Source: Patescibacteria group bacterium (lineage in GTDB: Bacteria; Patescibacteriota; Minisyncoccia; Minisyncoccales; RBG-13-36-15). Taken from it: 59,268 nt of DNA. The first letter of the stretch is position 1. Each line of letters opens with the position of its first letter. Where the stretch lies: positions 1-59,268 of the forward strand of contig JACZRI010000004.1 in assembly GCA_022574775.1 (NCBI GenBank), given 5' to 3'. The notes under the pieces are model-generated. The model did not search any database and was not told the DNA's origin. It worked only from the letters and a program-made list of their open reading frames with translations. Made by a program: the position numbers and the translations under genes. Of this stretch, positions 1-9,637 are shown one piece after another.

Positions 1-24
1 ACATGCTTGCGGAGGAGAAAGGCG

Positions 25-426
25 ATGCCGTATCACACCTATCGGCCCGATCTCATGGGTTATGCCGAGATTGACCCCAAAGGCCGCTTTGAGGCAGGCT
101 CTTGGGGTAGCTTCACGCTGACATATACCTGTGGCAAGTTTGGTATTGACGAGTGGGGCACTCTCAAGATTGCCTTCCGCCCGCTGACGGATATGACAAG
201 GCTTCAGCTTGACGACCCCAAAGCGCCGGGCTATACAACGGTTGAAACCTCCACGGGGATTCCGCTTACCTGCGCATATGAGTTGCGACGCAACATTCTC
301 TGGACAAAGTGTCTCTACATCCGTTGCGATGGCCTCCTCAGGCAGGGCGACCAGATTATCGTGCGCATTGGCAACCGGGATGAGGGCTCGCCCAGCGTGC
401 GCTGTCCTTCGCCAATACTCATCTGA
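25..426 (+). pseudogene. GC-rich N-terminal fragment resembling DUF3604-type proteins, truncated at about 405
   Basis: ORF MPYHTYRPDLMGYAEIDPKGRFEAGSWGSFTLTYT...; much higher GC than the rest of the window; ends abruptly; family recalled, not searched. Confidence 0.4.
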
Positions 427-771
427 GCCATGGTCCGCTCGATCACGACGACCTCGATCAGGTCCGTCGGTCCGACCTGGGCCTCGACGACGACGGAGAA
501 CTGGTCGAGGGCGTCGCACGGGACCTTCCTGGCACCGATCAGCAGGCCACGGACACAGCTCACCGTGACGGCATCTCCCCGCCGCCATCCGCTCGACCCC
601 GGAGCAGCGAAGCCGACTACGCCGCGTCGCGCCACTCGTATCGATGATGGAGGCCGCCGACTCGCGGGAGGGCTACGACCTTGGCGCGGAGGGAGGGTTT
701 CGGCGTCACCGCTCGCGAGATGGGCGTGTCCTTGCCCAGCCCAAGATGCGTTCGGTCCTCGTGATGATAGA
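405..771. mobile_element. High-GC fragment, possibly an IS/integrase remnant
   Basis: Very GC-rich stretch with overlapping non-protein-like ORFs between two truncated genes; no transposase motif confirmed. Confidence 0.25.
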
Positions 772-1639
772 CCATTTCTTGCTTCAGGTTTTAAACGCAA
801 TATTTCTCGCATTCACCTTTGGCCAGATTGGCTTCTTAGGCCACGATGCTGGTCACCGACAGATTTTCAATATAGTTCGGAGGAACGATTTCCTTGGGCT
901 CTTTGTAAACTTTCTTCTCGGAATAAGCCGGAGCTGGTGGGTTGATCAACATAACGAGCACCACGCAAGTCCCAATGTTCTTGAAAAGGATCCTCATACC
1001 AATATTCCCATTATTGCGTTTGATCAAGGGCAGGCAATAGAAAAGACAAGATTTCTTCAGACCATCATTTAATACCAGGCATTTTATTTTGTCCCGTTGC
1101 TCTTACTTGAGGGAATTGGCATCAGACTTACGAGCATCCAATTCCTGCGCAAGGGAGACAATGTAAAATATCCCAAGATTGAACCGATTCTCATGCTTGC
1201 GCACTTTGTAGTGTATGCGGGATTGGTGTTTTTCTTCATGAATGTCTGGCAAGGGATTCTCTTCATTACTATTCATCAAGCAATGTTTGGCCTTTACCTC
1301 GGATCGGTATTTGCCCCGAACCACAAAGGCATGCTTATTCCTGATGAGACTGTTCAACGTGACTTCCTGCTTCTCCAAGTGCTCACTGCCCGAAATCTCA
1401 GGGGCAACCCAATTATCGACTTCGTATACGGGGGGCTTGGCTATCAGATTGAGCATCACCTCTTCACGAGTATGCCGCGAAATAACCTGAGAAAAGCACA
1501 AAAGATTGTCAGAGCATTCTGTTGGGAGCGTTCTATACCCTATCAAGAATCTACGTTTATCCAATCCTGGCGCGAGATTCTTAGCTCTTTGCATAATGCT
1601 GGTACTCAGCTGCCTCAGGGGATTTCCCAGGAAGCATAA
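772..1639 (+). pseudogene. Membrane-bound fatty acid/acyl-CoA desaturase, 5'-truncated with in-frame TAA at 1070-1072
   Basis: Three His boxes HDAGH, HNEHH, QIEHH; ORFs 644-1072 and 1097-1639 are in the same frame. Confidence 0.85.
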
Positions 1640-1771
1640 TATCCTATTCTTTCTTAATGAACAAACCGCTCCATTCGAGCGGTTTTATATTTGAAAATTC
1701 AGGGGAAAAGAGTAAAATGAAGAGTGGTTGAGAAACTAAACAAAAGGTTAAAAAGATAAATAATTTGAATA

Positions 1772-1972
1772 ATGATTGCTCTAATTCTTATTTTTCTTTC
1801 CATAGCTATAATTGTATTCAGCTTAATATCGGCGATAATCATTTTCTATCATTTCAAAAGATTTGCTTTATCTGCTGACCAAAATGTGAAAAAAATTTTG
1901 AATGTTTTTAAATTTGGAATAATAATCCTTATTCTTCTCAACCTTTTCTTTTTAATTCTGACTCTTTTTTAA
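1772..1972 (+). CDS. Small 2-TM membrane protein
   Basis: Two hydrophobic helices; 3 nt upstream of next gene. Confidence 0.7.
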   Translation: MIALILIFLSIAIIVFSLISAIIIFYHFKRFALSADQNVKKILNVFKFGIIILILLNLFFLILTLF

Positions 1973-1975
1973 ACA

Positions 1976-2539
1976 ATGATTACTTTAAGAAAAAATGAAA
2001 AAATCTATCTGATTAAAAGGCGCCACCCGATTGTTTTGAGACTGGAACTCCTTCCCGAAGTTTTCATTTTTTTCGCAATCTTGGTTTTAATGACCTTCCT
2101 TTTATTTATGCCCTTGCCGTCTTTGCCGGAATGGGTGATAGAATTTGCGCCTTCTCTCTTGGAATTTGAAATTCGCGGGCTCTTGTTGTTCTCTCTTTCC
2201 TTTTTGCTTTTAATTTTTTGGCAAGTCATTTGGTTAACTATTACCAATTATTATTTAGATTCTTGGATTATTACCAATAAGAGAACTATTCATACCGAAC
2301 TCAGGGGTTTATTTAGCCGAATTGTATCAAGTGTTCCTCACGATCGAATTCAAGATATCACAATTGATGTTCATGGAATTTTGCCAACAGTCCTTCATTT
2401 TGGCGATCTCCATATTCAGACCGCAGGAGAATTCAGAGAATTTATTTTTCGCCAGATTCCTGATCCATATAAGACAAAAGAAGTTATTTTTGAAGCCCGA
2501 AGAGAATTTCTAAAAGCTCTTAAAAAAGAGGATGCTTGA
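1976..2539 (+). CDS. Membrane protein with bacterial PH (bPH_2) domain
   Basis: 2 TM followed by WIITNKR...GLFSR...RIQDI...GDLHIQTAG. Confidence 0.85.
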   Translation: MITLRKNEKIYLIKRRHPIVLRLELLPEVFIFFAILVLMTFLLFMPLPSLPEWVIEFAPSLLEFEIRGLLLFSLSFLLLIFWQVIWLTITNYYLDSWIITNKRTIHTELRGLFSRIVSSVPHDRIQDITIDVHGILPTVLHFGDLHIQTAGEFREFIFRQIPDPYKTKEVIFEARREFLKALKKEDA

Positions 2540-2755
2540 TAGTTATAATCCCCGCTTTCCTAAAGTTACCCAGCTCTGCAGGGTTTTTTTACTTGAAAAT
2601 TCAGGAGAAAATGCTTGCCAAGTCTGAGTTGGCTTGCCTTAAGTTTACTGAAGGGGTAAAATAAAACAAATATCCAAACAAAGAAATGGATATCCAGAGA
2701 TGTTCAAAAGGTCGAATTTGTATTATTAACATAATAAATCAAATTCACAATTTTC

Positions 2756-3058
2756 ATGACAACAAAGAGTGGGATAATAATTTTCGCGGTTGTCGCAACA
2801 GTGATTGCTGCTATTTTTGTCTATTACGCATTTCTACTGCCAGAAGAGCCACTTGTGAGTCCAGCACCTACTAAAACTCCAGAAATTGTTTCACCTCCTG
2901 TAACCGGAAACATAGACGATGTTATAGACGCTTTACTGAAAGAATTATCTGATGAGGAGTCAGTGTTTATTGCAGAAGAAGGCGATACCGTATTGGTAAC
3001 TGGCGACAGTCAAGAGGTTGGTGATTTTGGTCAATCCATCAATGAAAGCGAGTTTTAG
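2756..3058 (+). CDS. Hypothetical membrane-anchored acidic protein
   Basis: N-terminal TM, Pro-rich linker, acidic tail. Confidence 0.7.
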   Translation: MTTKSGIIIFAVVATVIAAIFVYYAFLLPEEPLVSPAPTKTPEIVSPPVTGNIDDVIDALLKELSDEESVFIAEEGDTVLVTGDSQEVGDFGQSINESEF

Positions 3059-3812
3059 AAAAATATTTACCATTGGGTTGGGAGCTGTAGTAATAGCGAG
3101 TTTTTTGGTGCCCCTTCTGATTTTAGCTCAAGCTGATAATGCCGATGAGAGGGCAAAAGGTTTCTGTGCAAGGCTTTCAATAACTTCTTCGAGGACTGAC
3201 CAAAGAATTGCCAATCGTGATTCAAAGCTGGAAGCTAAACGTATAGAAATAGCAAATAGAATTGATGTACGTAAAAGCGAACGTGATGCGAGGATTTTAG
3301 AGAAACGTGCGAAATGGGATGCCAATCGCGCAGAGCACTTTGCAAAGTTAGATGCACGAGCACAGACTGATGAACAAAAACAGGCGGTAGTGGCGTTTAA
3401 GGAAACAGTGACAGCTGAAATAGCAGCCCGTCGAGCAGCAGTCAACACTGCAATCCAAGATTTTCGTCAAGGCGTCAGTCAAGCGATTGCCTCGCGAAAA
3501 TCATCTGCCGATGCAGTAATCAGCGTCTTTCGGAATTCCGTTCAAGCAGCTTTTGAAAAAGCTAACTCTGATTGTGATAACGGCGTTGACCAAAGAACCG
3601 TTCGAGAGAATTTGCGTGCAGACCTTAGTGCAGCTCGAGAAACGCTTGCAAGCGATCGGCAAAACATTGAAAAGCTAAAGATTTCCATGGAATCACTTAT
3701 TATTGCTAAAAGAGAAGCAGTTAAAGCAGCGATTGAAGATTTTAAAGCAGCTATCGAACAAGCCAGAGCCGATTTTAAAACTGCATTACCTCAAGAGTTT
3801 CCTGAAGAGTAA
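3042..3812 (+). CDS. Exported alpha-helical/coiled-coil protein
   Basis: Signal peptide from ATG 3042; A/E/K/R-rich helical body. Confidence 0.75.
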   Translation: MKASFRKIFTIGLGAVVIASFLVPLLILAQADNADERAKGFCARLSITSSRTDQRIANRDSKLEAKRIEIANRIDVRKSERDARILEKRAKWDANRAEHFAKLDARAQTDEQKQAVVAFKETVTAEIAARRAAVNTAIQDFRQGVSQAIASRKSSADAVISVFRNSVQAAFEKANSDCDNGVDQRTVRENLRADLSAARETLASDRQNIEKLKISMESLIIAKREAVKAAIEDFKAAIEQARADFKTALPQEFPEE

Positions 3813-3840
3813 GAGAAATTAGCAAGGTCGGGGTCAAATC

Positions 3841-3867
3841 AAAAAATCGCCCTCTTGGCGATTTTTT
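3841..3867 (+). terminator. Intrinsic terminator (family A hairpin)
   Basis: AAAAAATCGCC-CTCTT-GGCGATTTTTT. Confidence 0.8.
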
Positions 3868-3882
3868 GTTTGTCCTCCAAAA

Positions 3883-3926
3883 CCGAGCACCGAGCACATA
3901 ACATTTTAATATGCTCGGTGCTTCGG
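3883..3926. repeat. Long inverted repeat (REP-like)
   Basis: CCGAGCACCGAGCA...TGCTCGGTGCTTCGG. Confidence 0.6.
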
Positions 3927-3971
3927 CTAGAATGGCTTGCTCTAAATTTGTCGAGAAGTTAGGATAAGGTA

Positions 3972-4817
3972 ATGCGTACAAAAATAATCTATTCTGAGAA
4001 GTGTTTGGAATATGGAAAATCTCACATTGAGAGCCCAGAAAGAGTTGAAATTGCAGCTCAAGTTCTAAAAGAAAAAGGGTATGAGTTTTTGGAGCCAGAG
4101 CCAGTCTCTGAGAAAGTTTTGCTTTCAGTTCACGAGGCAAATTACATTGAAAAACTCAAAAAAGGGCTCATTGAAGATCACGAGACTCCAGCTTATAAAA
4201 ATATTTATGAATTAGCCAGATTATCTGCAGGAGGAGCTGTTTTGGCCGCAAAAGTCAAAGGATTTTCTTTAATGAGGCCTCCTGGGCATCATGCTGGAAA
4301 ATCAGGTCTTGCTCTCTCTGTCCAAACGAGAGGGTTTTGCTATCTCAATAGTATAGCTATAGCTGTAAAATTTCTCAGAAAGCAAACTCTCATTTTAGAT
4401 ATAGATGGACATCACGGAAATGGAACTGAAGAAATTTTCTTTGGAGATAAAAAGGTAACCTATCTCTCTTTGCATAGATTTCCCGATTATCCCGGCACAG
4501 GCTTTGAATCGAGGGAAAATTGTTTTAATATTCCCCTTCCAGCTGATTGCGGAGAGAAAGTATATTTAAAAGCTTTTGATGATGTTTTCAGGAAAATTGA
4601 TGTAAGTAAAATAGAAGTCATTGCGGTTTCAACAGGCCTTGATACTCATCAGGGAGACTTGGCTTCTCTTGCGCTGACCGGAAAAACCTACAGGAAAATA
4701 GGAGAACAGCTTGCAAAATTTAAAAAACAAACCTTTTTTGTTTTAGAAGGAGGCTATGTTGGCCGAGATGTCGGTAAAGATATTGATGAATTGCTAAAAG
4801 GATTTGAGAGAGCTTAA
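3972..4817 (+). CDS. Histone deacetylase family (AcuC/AphA-like) protein
   Basis: HIESPER, RPPGHHA, GFC, DIDGHHGNGT, GLDTH, LEGGY. Confidence 0.95.
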   Translation: MRTKIIYSEKCLEYGKSHIESPERVEIAAQVLKEKGYEFLEPEPVSEKVLLSVHEANYIEKLKKGLIEDHETPAYKNIYELARLSAGGAVLAAKVKGFSLMRPPGHHAGKSGLALSVQTRGFCYLNSIAIAVKFLRKQTLILDIDGHHGNGTEEIFFGDKKVTYLSLHRFPDYPGTGFESRENCFNIPLPADCGEKVYLKAFDDVFRKIDVSKIEVIAVSTGLDTHQGDLASLALTGKTYRKIGEQLAKFKKQTFFVLEGGYVGRDVGKDIDELLKGFERA

Positions 4818-4928
4818 ATTTTTATTTTCTGGTAGGATTAAGGATATAGGTGCCAAAGCTGAAGAAGAGAAGTAACTATTCCAATATTCTTGAGAATGTG
4901 AGAGTATTAATAATGAAAAAATAAAATT

Positions 4929-5219
4929 GTGGAGAAACTTGAAATTAAAAAAGAGAAGGAAATGAAAAATGGATGGAAGTTTTTGGTTGAGGTCGGTGAT
5001 GATAAGGATAAAATTGAGTATTCGGTGACTTTTGATAAAGATTACTGGGAGAAACTGACAGATAGCCGGCACGTACCGGAGGAAGTGGTAAGAAAATCGT
5101 TTGAATTTTTACTTCAACGGGAGCCGAAAGAGTCTATTTTGAGAGAGTTTAATTTAAAGGTGATTAGTAATTATTTTCCAGAATACGAAAAAGAAATTGG
5201 AAAACTTCTTCCAAAATAA
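4929..5219 (+). CDS. Hypothetical protein (start uncertain)
   Basis: Protein-like ORF with SFEFLLQREPKESILREF. Confidence 0.7.
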   Translation: MEKLEIKKEKEMKNGWKFLVEVGDDKDKIEYSVTFDKDYWEKLTDSRHVPEEVVRKSFEFLLQREPKESILREFNLKVISNYFPEYEKEIGKLLPK

Positions 5220-5313
5220 ACTTTGTGTATCAGGAGAATTTTTTTGAAAATAAAAACAGAGTAGAGATAGTAGAAAATGGTCGAGCAATTAATTAAGAGT
5301 TAAAGTAAAAAAT

Positions 5314-5493
5314 ATGACACATTATATTTGTACTGGTGGATGTAAAGGTGTTGCTGACAATCCCGGCGTTTGCCAAGCGCAAGATTGTCCCAAAAATAAT
5401 CAATCACTCAAAGAATGCAACTGTACCGATGGTGAACACGGCGGCGCTTTTGAAAAAGAAGATGATCCGTCGCAAGCTGAAGCTGAAAAATAA
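5314..5493 (+). CDS. Small Cys-rich putative metal-binding protein (59 aa, not in ORF track)
   Basis: MTHYICTGGCKGVADNPGVCQAQDCPKNNQSLKECNCTDGEHGGAFEKEDDPSQAEAEK; followed by terminator. Confidence 0.75.
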   Translation: MTHYICTGGCKGVADNPGVCQAQDCPKNNQSLKECNCTDGEHGGAFEKEDDPSQAEAEK

Positions 5494-5506
5494 TCAACCG
5501 TCATGC

Positions 5507-5541
5507 AAAAAATCGCCATAACGGCGATTTTTTGGTAGGAT
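5507..5541 (+). promoter_or_regulatory. Family A terminator hairpin doubling as promoter of the CAP gene
   Basis: TCGCCA-17 nt-TAGGAT-7 nt-ATG(5549); hairpin ATCGCC/GGCGAT plus T6. Confidence 0.65.
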
Positions 5542-5548
5542 AGATAAG

Positions 5549-6421
5549 ATGAAATATCTTAAATATATTTTGGTTTTCGTTGTTATTTTGGGATTTTTTT
5601 ATTTTTTCCAGGCTGATATTCTACGGCTTTTTACTCAGTTCTCAAATCTTGAAGAGATAGTTCAAAAAGTACCTTCAGAACTCGCAATTGAGAAAATTAG
5701 TAAAGATATTTCCTCTCCTCCCCCGCTTCGCGCGACCAAAGAATCTTCAGAGTCTTTTCTCACCGGTTCTGGAATAATCATATGGACCAATATTCAAAGA
5801 AATGCGCAAGGATTCTTACCTTTATCAGAAAATGAGCAGCTTCATACAGTAGCTGTTCTTAAGGCGCAAGATATGTTTGAAAAACAATATTTTGGCCATG
5901 TTTCGCTTTCTGGCGCGGATGTTGGAGATTTAGCTGAGATTGCAGGATACAAATTTCTTGCCATTGGTGAAAATTTAGCACTTGGTAATTTTGAGGATAA
6001 TCAAACAGTGGTGCAAGGATGGATGGATAGCCCGGGACACAAGGCTAATATCCTGAGTCTCCGCTATACAGAAGTAGGGGTAGCTGCCACTCGAGGTATT
6101 TTTGAGGGTAAATCCACCTGGATTGTAGTTCAAGAGTTTGGTCTTCCTCTTTCTGTCTGTTTAGAGCCGCAGGAATCCTTAAGATTACAAATTGAGGGAA
6201 GCGTGACTCAACTTCAAGAGCTTGAGAGAGAATTGATAGCAAAACAAAGAGAACTAAAGCTAATGCGTCCTAAATTTGGACCAAAATATAACAGAAAAAT
6301 AGATGACTACAATGCCTTAGTTGTTCAATACAATAGTTTTTCTAACACGACTAAGGAGCTTCTTCTTAGATATAATAATCAAGTCAAGAAGTTTAATGCG
6401 TGTGTTTTAGATAGAGTGTAA
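5549..6421 (+). CDS. CAP/SCP domain protein with N-terminal TM and C-terminal coiled coil
   Basis: TNIQR...KAQDM..YFGH...GENLA...WMDSPGHKANIL. Confidence 0.9.
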   Translation: MKYLKYILVFVVILGFFYFFQADILRLFTQFSNLEEIVQKVPSELAIEKISKDISSPPPLRATKESSESFLTGSGIIIWTNIQRNAQGFLPLSENEQLHTVAVLKAQDMFEKQYFGHVSLSGADVGDLAEIAGYKFLAIGENLALGNFEDNQTVVQGWMDSPGHKANILSLRYTEVGVAATRGIFEGKSTWIVVQEFGLPLSVCLEPQESLRLQIEGSVTQLQELERELIAKQRELKLMRPKFGPKYNRKIDDYNALVVQYNSFSNTTKELLLRYNNQVKKFNACVLDRV

Positions 6422-6441
6422 AAAAGAAGAAAATTAGATAT

Positions 6442-6735
6442 ATGAAATTTAATGTGACGAGGGCAAAAGAAAATATTTTGGCTTTGGCGAGGAAATTGGG
6501 ATATAGGCCACTTTCAAAAACCGAGGAAGAATTCACTTGCGTGAGATTTTTAGCTTCCAGTGAATATCCTCGTTTCCATCTTTACATAAAAGAGAATAAA
6601 GATGAGCTTCTTTTCAATTTACACTTGGATCAGAAAAAGCCGACTTATGCAGGAAGTAAGGCTCATAGTGGAGAATACACGGGAGCGGCAGTTGAAAGAG
6701 AGGCAGAAAGAATAAAAAAGATTCTTGAGAGTTAA
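6442..6735 (+). CDS. Hypothetical protein
   Basis: YPRFHLY...LHLDQKKP..AHSGEY; operonic spacing. Confidence 0.75.
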   Translation: MKFNVTRAKENILALARKLGYRPLSKTEEEFTCVRFLASSEYPRFHLYIKENKDELLFNLHLDQKKPTYAGSKAHSGEYTGAAVEREAERIKKILES

Positions 6736-6740
6736 ATTAA

Positions 6741-6767
6741 CCATCCTTCGCTAAAGCTACGGACTGG
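6741..6767. repeat. REP-like short palindrome
   Basis: CCTTCGCTAAAGCTACGG; related copy at about 41498-41514. Confidence 0.5.
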
Positions 6768-6779
6768 CATGTAAAAATT

Positions 6780-7514
6780 ATGAAAAAAGAAGGAAAAAAA
6801 GAATTAGATTCTACTTTTGACGATAGTATGTTTGAAGAAGAAGAAGAGATTGAAAAGAAAAAGCCTGATCCAATTTGGAAAACCTTACTCATTACAAGTG
6901 TTGTCCTTATGGTGATCGGGGGTTTAATTTGGCTGTCTGGTGGATACCAGGCTTTTTTATATCGAAAAACCCCGCCAATAAAAGAAAAAGAGTTTCAAAG
7001 CATACTTGAGGCAGAAAAGATCGTAGTACCACTTAATATCATTGTTTTTCAAAATGAGGGCAATTTGGGAAGCCAAAGGGATAAAGCCAACATTAGACAA
7101 CTTATTGACAACGCTTCCCGTATTTGGGCCCAGGCCGATATTACTCTTTCGATTCAGGCTATTCATTCAATTGTGGCGACAGATGATACTATTTCTCGAT
7201 TTTTCAGAACACCTAATCTTTTAGCAAGAGATATTCCTCAATTTGAACTCACAGTTTTTAATTTGTTTTTGGTAGGAAATCTTGGTGGTATAAATGGCAT
7301 TGCTTTTGGTGGTATCAACAGTTTAGCTGTTGCTGATTATACGACCGTGCATGATTTTCGCGTCACAGCCCATGAAATAGGCCATCTTCTCTCGCTTTCT
7401 CATACGGAGGAGGTAAGAAATCGTTTGATGTTCAGAGGGGCAAATGGAACAAAACTCACCGAAGGAGAAGTAATTGCTGCTTATACTACCGCCCTTGAGT
7501 TTTTCGGCGAATAA
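6780..7514 (+). CDS. Membrane-anchored metzincin-type Zn metalloprotease
   Basis: HEIGHLLSLSH and downstream Met-turn (NRLM). Confidence 0.85.
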   Translation: MKKEGKKELDSTFDDSMFEEEEEIEKKKPDPIWKTLLITSVVLMVIGGLIWLSGGYQAFLYRKTPPIKEKEFQSILEAEKIVVPLNIIVFQNEGNLGSQRDKANIRQLIDNASRIWAQADITLSIQAIHSIVATDDTISRFFRTPNLLARDIPQFELTVFNLFLVGNLGGINGIAFGGINSLAVADYTTVHDFRVTAHEIGHLLSLSHTEEVRNRLMFRGANGTKLTEGEVIAAYTTALEFFGE

Positions 7515-7527
7515 TTTATTGGCCCAA

Positions 7528-7593
7528 TTCAGAGATAAGTCGTCCTATGGTGGCTGCCGCCATGCCTTATTGGTGGGACGGATCTCTAACGAA
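7528..7593. repeat. Long imperfect hairpin (REP/MITE-like)
   Basis: AGAGAT...GTCC...GGAC..ATCTCT arms. Confidence 0.45.
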
Positions 7594-7654
7594 TTGACAT
7601 TTTATGGAAAATTACTAAAGTAGAGTTAGTCTGGATAAAAAGGAGGTAACGAGT

Positions 7655-7882
7655 ATGATAGCGCGTACTGTGGGATTGTCAGTTCAAGGGGTTCAGCCTG
7701 AGCTTTGGCTTACCCCTCAACAAAAGCTGAGAGTTCTAAAGAGAGAAGCCCACCGGCTGGGAATATCAAAACAAGCGTTCTCGGAGACCCAGGCGATCGG
7801 GTCCCGCGAGTCCCAAATCCAGGACCAGACAGCCCGGCTTCAGGAATGGATTAATTCCGCCAGAATTAATTCGGACAGATAA
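7655..7882 (+). CDS. Hypothetical protein
   Basis: TTGACA...TAAAGT promoter and AAGGAGGT SD upstream. Confidence 0.65.
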   Translation: MIARTVGLSVQGVQPELWLTPQQKLRVLKREAHRLGISKQAFSETQAIGSRESQIQDQTARLQEWINSARINSDR

Positions 7883-7929
7883 CCTTTAAGTTCCGTACCA
7901 GAACAAAGCCCGGTATAGGAGGGCTAAGC

Positions 7930-7970
7930 GCTCCCAGGTAAAGTATTGACGCAATACCTGGGAGCCTTTT
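7930..7970 (+). terminator. Intrinsic terminator
   Basis: GCTCCCAGGTA...TACCTGGGAGC-CTTTT. Confidence 0.75.
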
Positions 7971-8000
7971 ATTTTGTAGTTGTTTTTGTATAATAAAAAC

Positions 8001-8714
8001 ATGAATAATAGGAAATATACCCTAAATCGTAATGGTTCAAGGCATATCCAACTTTCACCCACAAGCTTGAATTTATTTTACGATTGTCCTCTTTGTTTTT
8101 GGCTGGAGAAGCGAGAAAAAATCAGGAGACCTCCTCCCTACCCATATGCATTAAACTCAGCCGTAGACATTCTTTTAAAGCAGGAATTCGACAGTTATCG
8201 AGCCAAGGGAAAACTCCACCCATTACTTGTAGAAAATAATATCCAAGCAAAACTTTTTCGTGACCAAAATGAGTTAAATCAATGGCGCAGTAATTTTGAA
8301 GGGATCAGGTTTTTTGATCCTGAGCTTGAAGCCACCCTTTTTGGAGTAGTTGATGATGTTTTGGAGTTTCCAGATGGAAAATTAGCCGTACTTGACTATA
8401 AATCAACCGGGAGTTCAGTTGCCCGTGTATATGATCGTTTTCAGGTACAAATGGATGTTTATAGCTACTTGCTTGAGAAAAATGGATTTTTGACTACAGG
8501 AAAAGGGTACTTAGCTTTTTATATTGTTGATAAAAAGAACGGTTTTGGCGACAGACTGCCTTTCAGAAAAGAACTTCACGAGATAGAGACAGACACTTCT
8601 TATGTCCAGGGACTTTTTGAAGAAGCTGTAACGCTTTTGAGAAAAAGTACACCGCCTGTTCATCACCAAGATTGTAAATTTGGCATATGGTTTGGTCAAG
8701 TAGCTAAGTTTTAG
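8001..8714 (+). CDS. PD-(D/E)XK nuclease superfamily protein (Cas4/RecB-like)
   Basis: LSPTSLNLFYDCPLCFW, GVVDD, LDYKS, QMDVY; no CRISPR nearby. Confidence 0.85.
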   Translation: MNNRKYTLNRNGSRHIQLSPTSLNLFYDCPLCFWLEKREKIRRPPPYPYALNSAVDILLKQEFDSYRAKGKLHPLLVENNIQAKLFRDQNELNQWRSNFEGIRFFDPELEATLFGVVDDVLEFPDGKLAVLDYKSTGSSVARVYDRFQVQMDVYSYLLEKNGFLTTGKGYLAFYIVDKKNGFGDRLPFRKELHEIETDTSYVQGLFEEAVTLLRKSTPPVHHQDCKFGIWFGQVAKF

Positions 8715-8911
8715 TTAAGAGTGTTGCTAAGCTTGACTTTGCATACTAAAATTATAAAACGAAAATTAAAAGCTTGATCTTTAATAAATTCGTTCGGTCG
8801 TTAAAAAAGTCCTCCTAATCAATAAATAGGAAGTTTTTTATTTTACATTTAAAGATGTATAATTATACAATAAGGTCGTTTAAAATAACTAATTAAATCT
8901 TTCAAGAAAAA

Positions 8912-9238
8912 ATGTACATATTAATTTTAATTGCCGGATTTGGAGGAGGAGTTTTACGGGGATTGGTTGGTTTTATCAAGCATCAATACTCCTACAAAAA
9001 TGTTCGCTTCCAGCTCCCCTATTTTTTCGTAATGATGTTCATTTCAGGAATTATTGGCCTTTTAACAGCCGCAGTTATTAAAGAACTTGGTATTAATTTC
9101 TTAGGCATAATTTCTCTCACTCCAGCTTTAGCTTTCGTCATTGGCTATGCAGGAGGAGACTTCCTGGAGAATATTTATAAAATCATCGTTAAAAAACCTT
9201 CTCTATACTCTCTTCCAAAGGATTTAAAGGTAAAATAA
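8912..9238 (+). CDS. Hypothetical 3-TM membrane protein
   Basis: GGGVLRGLVG...IGYAGGDFLE. Confidence 0.8.
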   Translation: MYILILIAGFGGGVLRGLVGFIKHQYSYKNVRFQLPYFFVMMFISGIIGLLTAAVIKELGINFLGIISLTPALAFVIGYAGGDFLENIYKIIVKKPSLYSLPKDLKVK

Positions 9239-9268
9239 ATCTTGCGAGGTTTAATTTCGTAAATTTGG

Positions 9269-9532
9269 ATGAAAAGAAAAATTTATATAACAGCGTTTAC
9301 GTTTTTGGGAATATTGCTTCAGTTTCTTGCGCATGCAATAGTTGAAATTTGGTATGTCGGTTTACTTTTGCAGGATTTTCAAAAATACAGCTTTGGCTTT
9401 TCCTGGAATCAGTGGTTTTTTATACACCATATAGGAACAGTTGTCCTTTTTGTTGCGGGGACTTTGTTTGGTTTTTGGCAAGGAAAATTCTGGTGGCGCA
9501 TAATTTATGAAGAGAGGAAATTTCGTACTTAG
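9269..9532 (+). CDS. Hypothetical 2-TM membrane protein
   Basis: Hydrophobic ORF with aromatic-rich C-terminus. Confidence 0.75.
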   Translation: MKRKIYITAFTFLGILLQFLAHAIVEIWYVGLLLQDFQKYSFGFSWNQWFFIHHIGTVVLFVAGTLFGFWQGKFWWRIIYEERKFRT

Positions 9533-9637
9533 ACTATGCTGACAAAATAAAAAATTGACAATTTCCTTTGCTGGAATATACTAATAACACACAGCACTTT
9601 TACAACAAGCCAGACTTATTACAAGGAGGTGAGCCAG

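Noticed and set aside
3890..3920. dif-like site (CATAA-N-TATG dyad)
   Set aside because: Lacks the XerD arm TTATGTTAAAT and is part of a longer hairpin.
8001..8714. Cas4 as part of a CRISPR system
   Set aside because: Solo PD-(D/E)XK gene with no cas1/cas2 or array nearby, and the full Fe-S Cys set is not evident.
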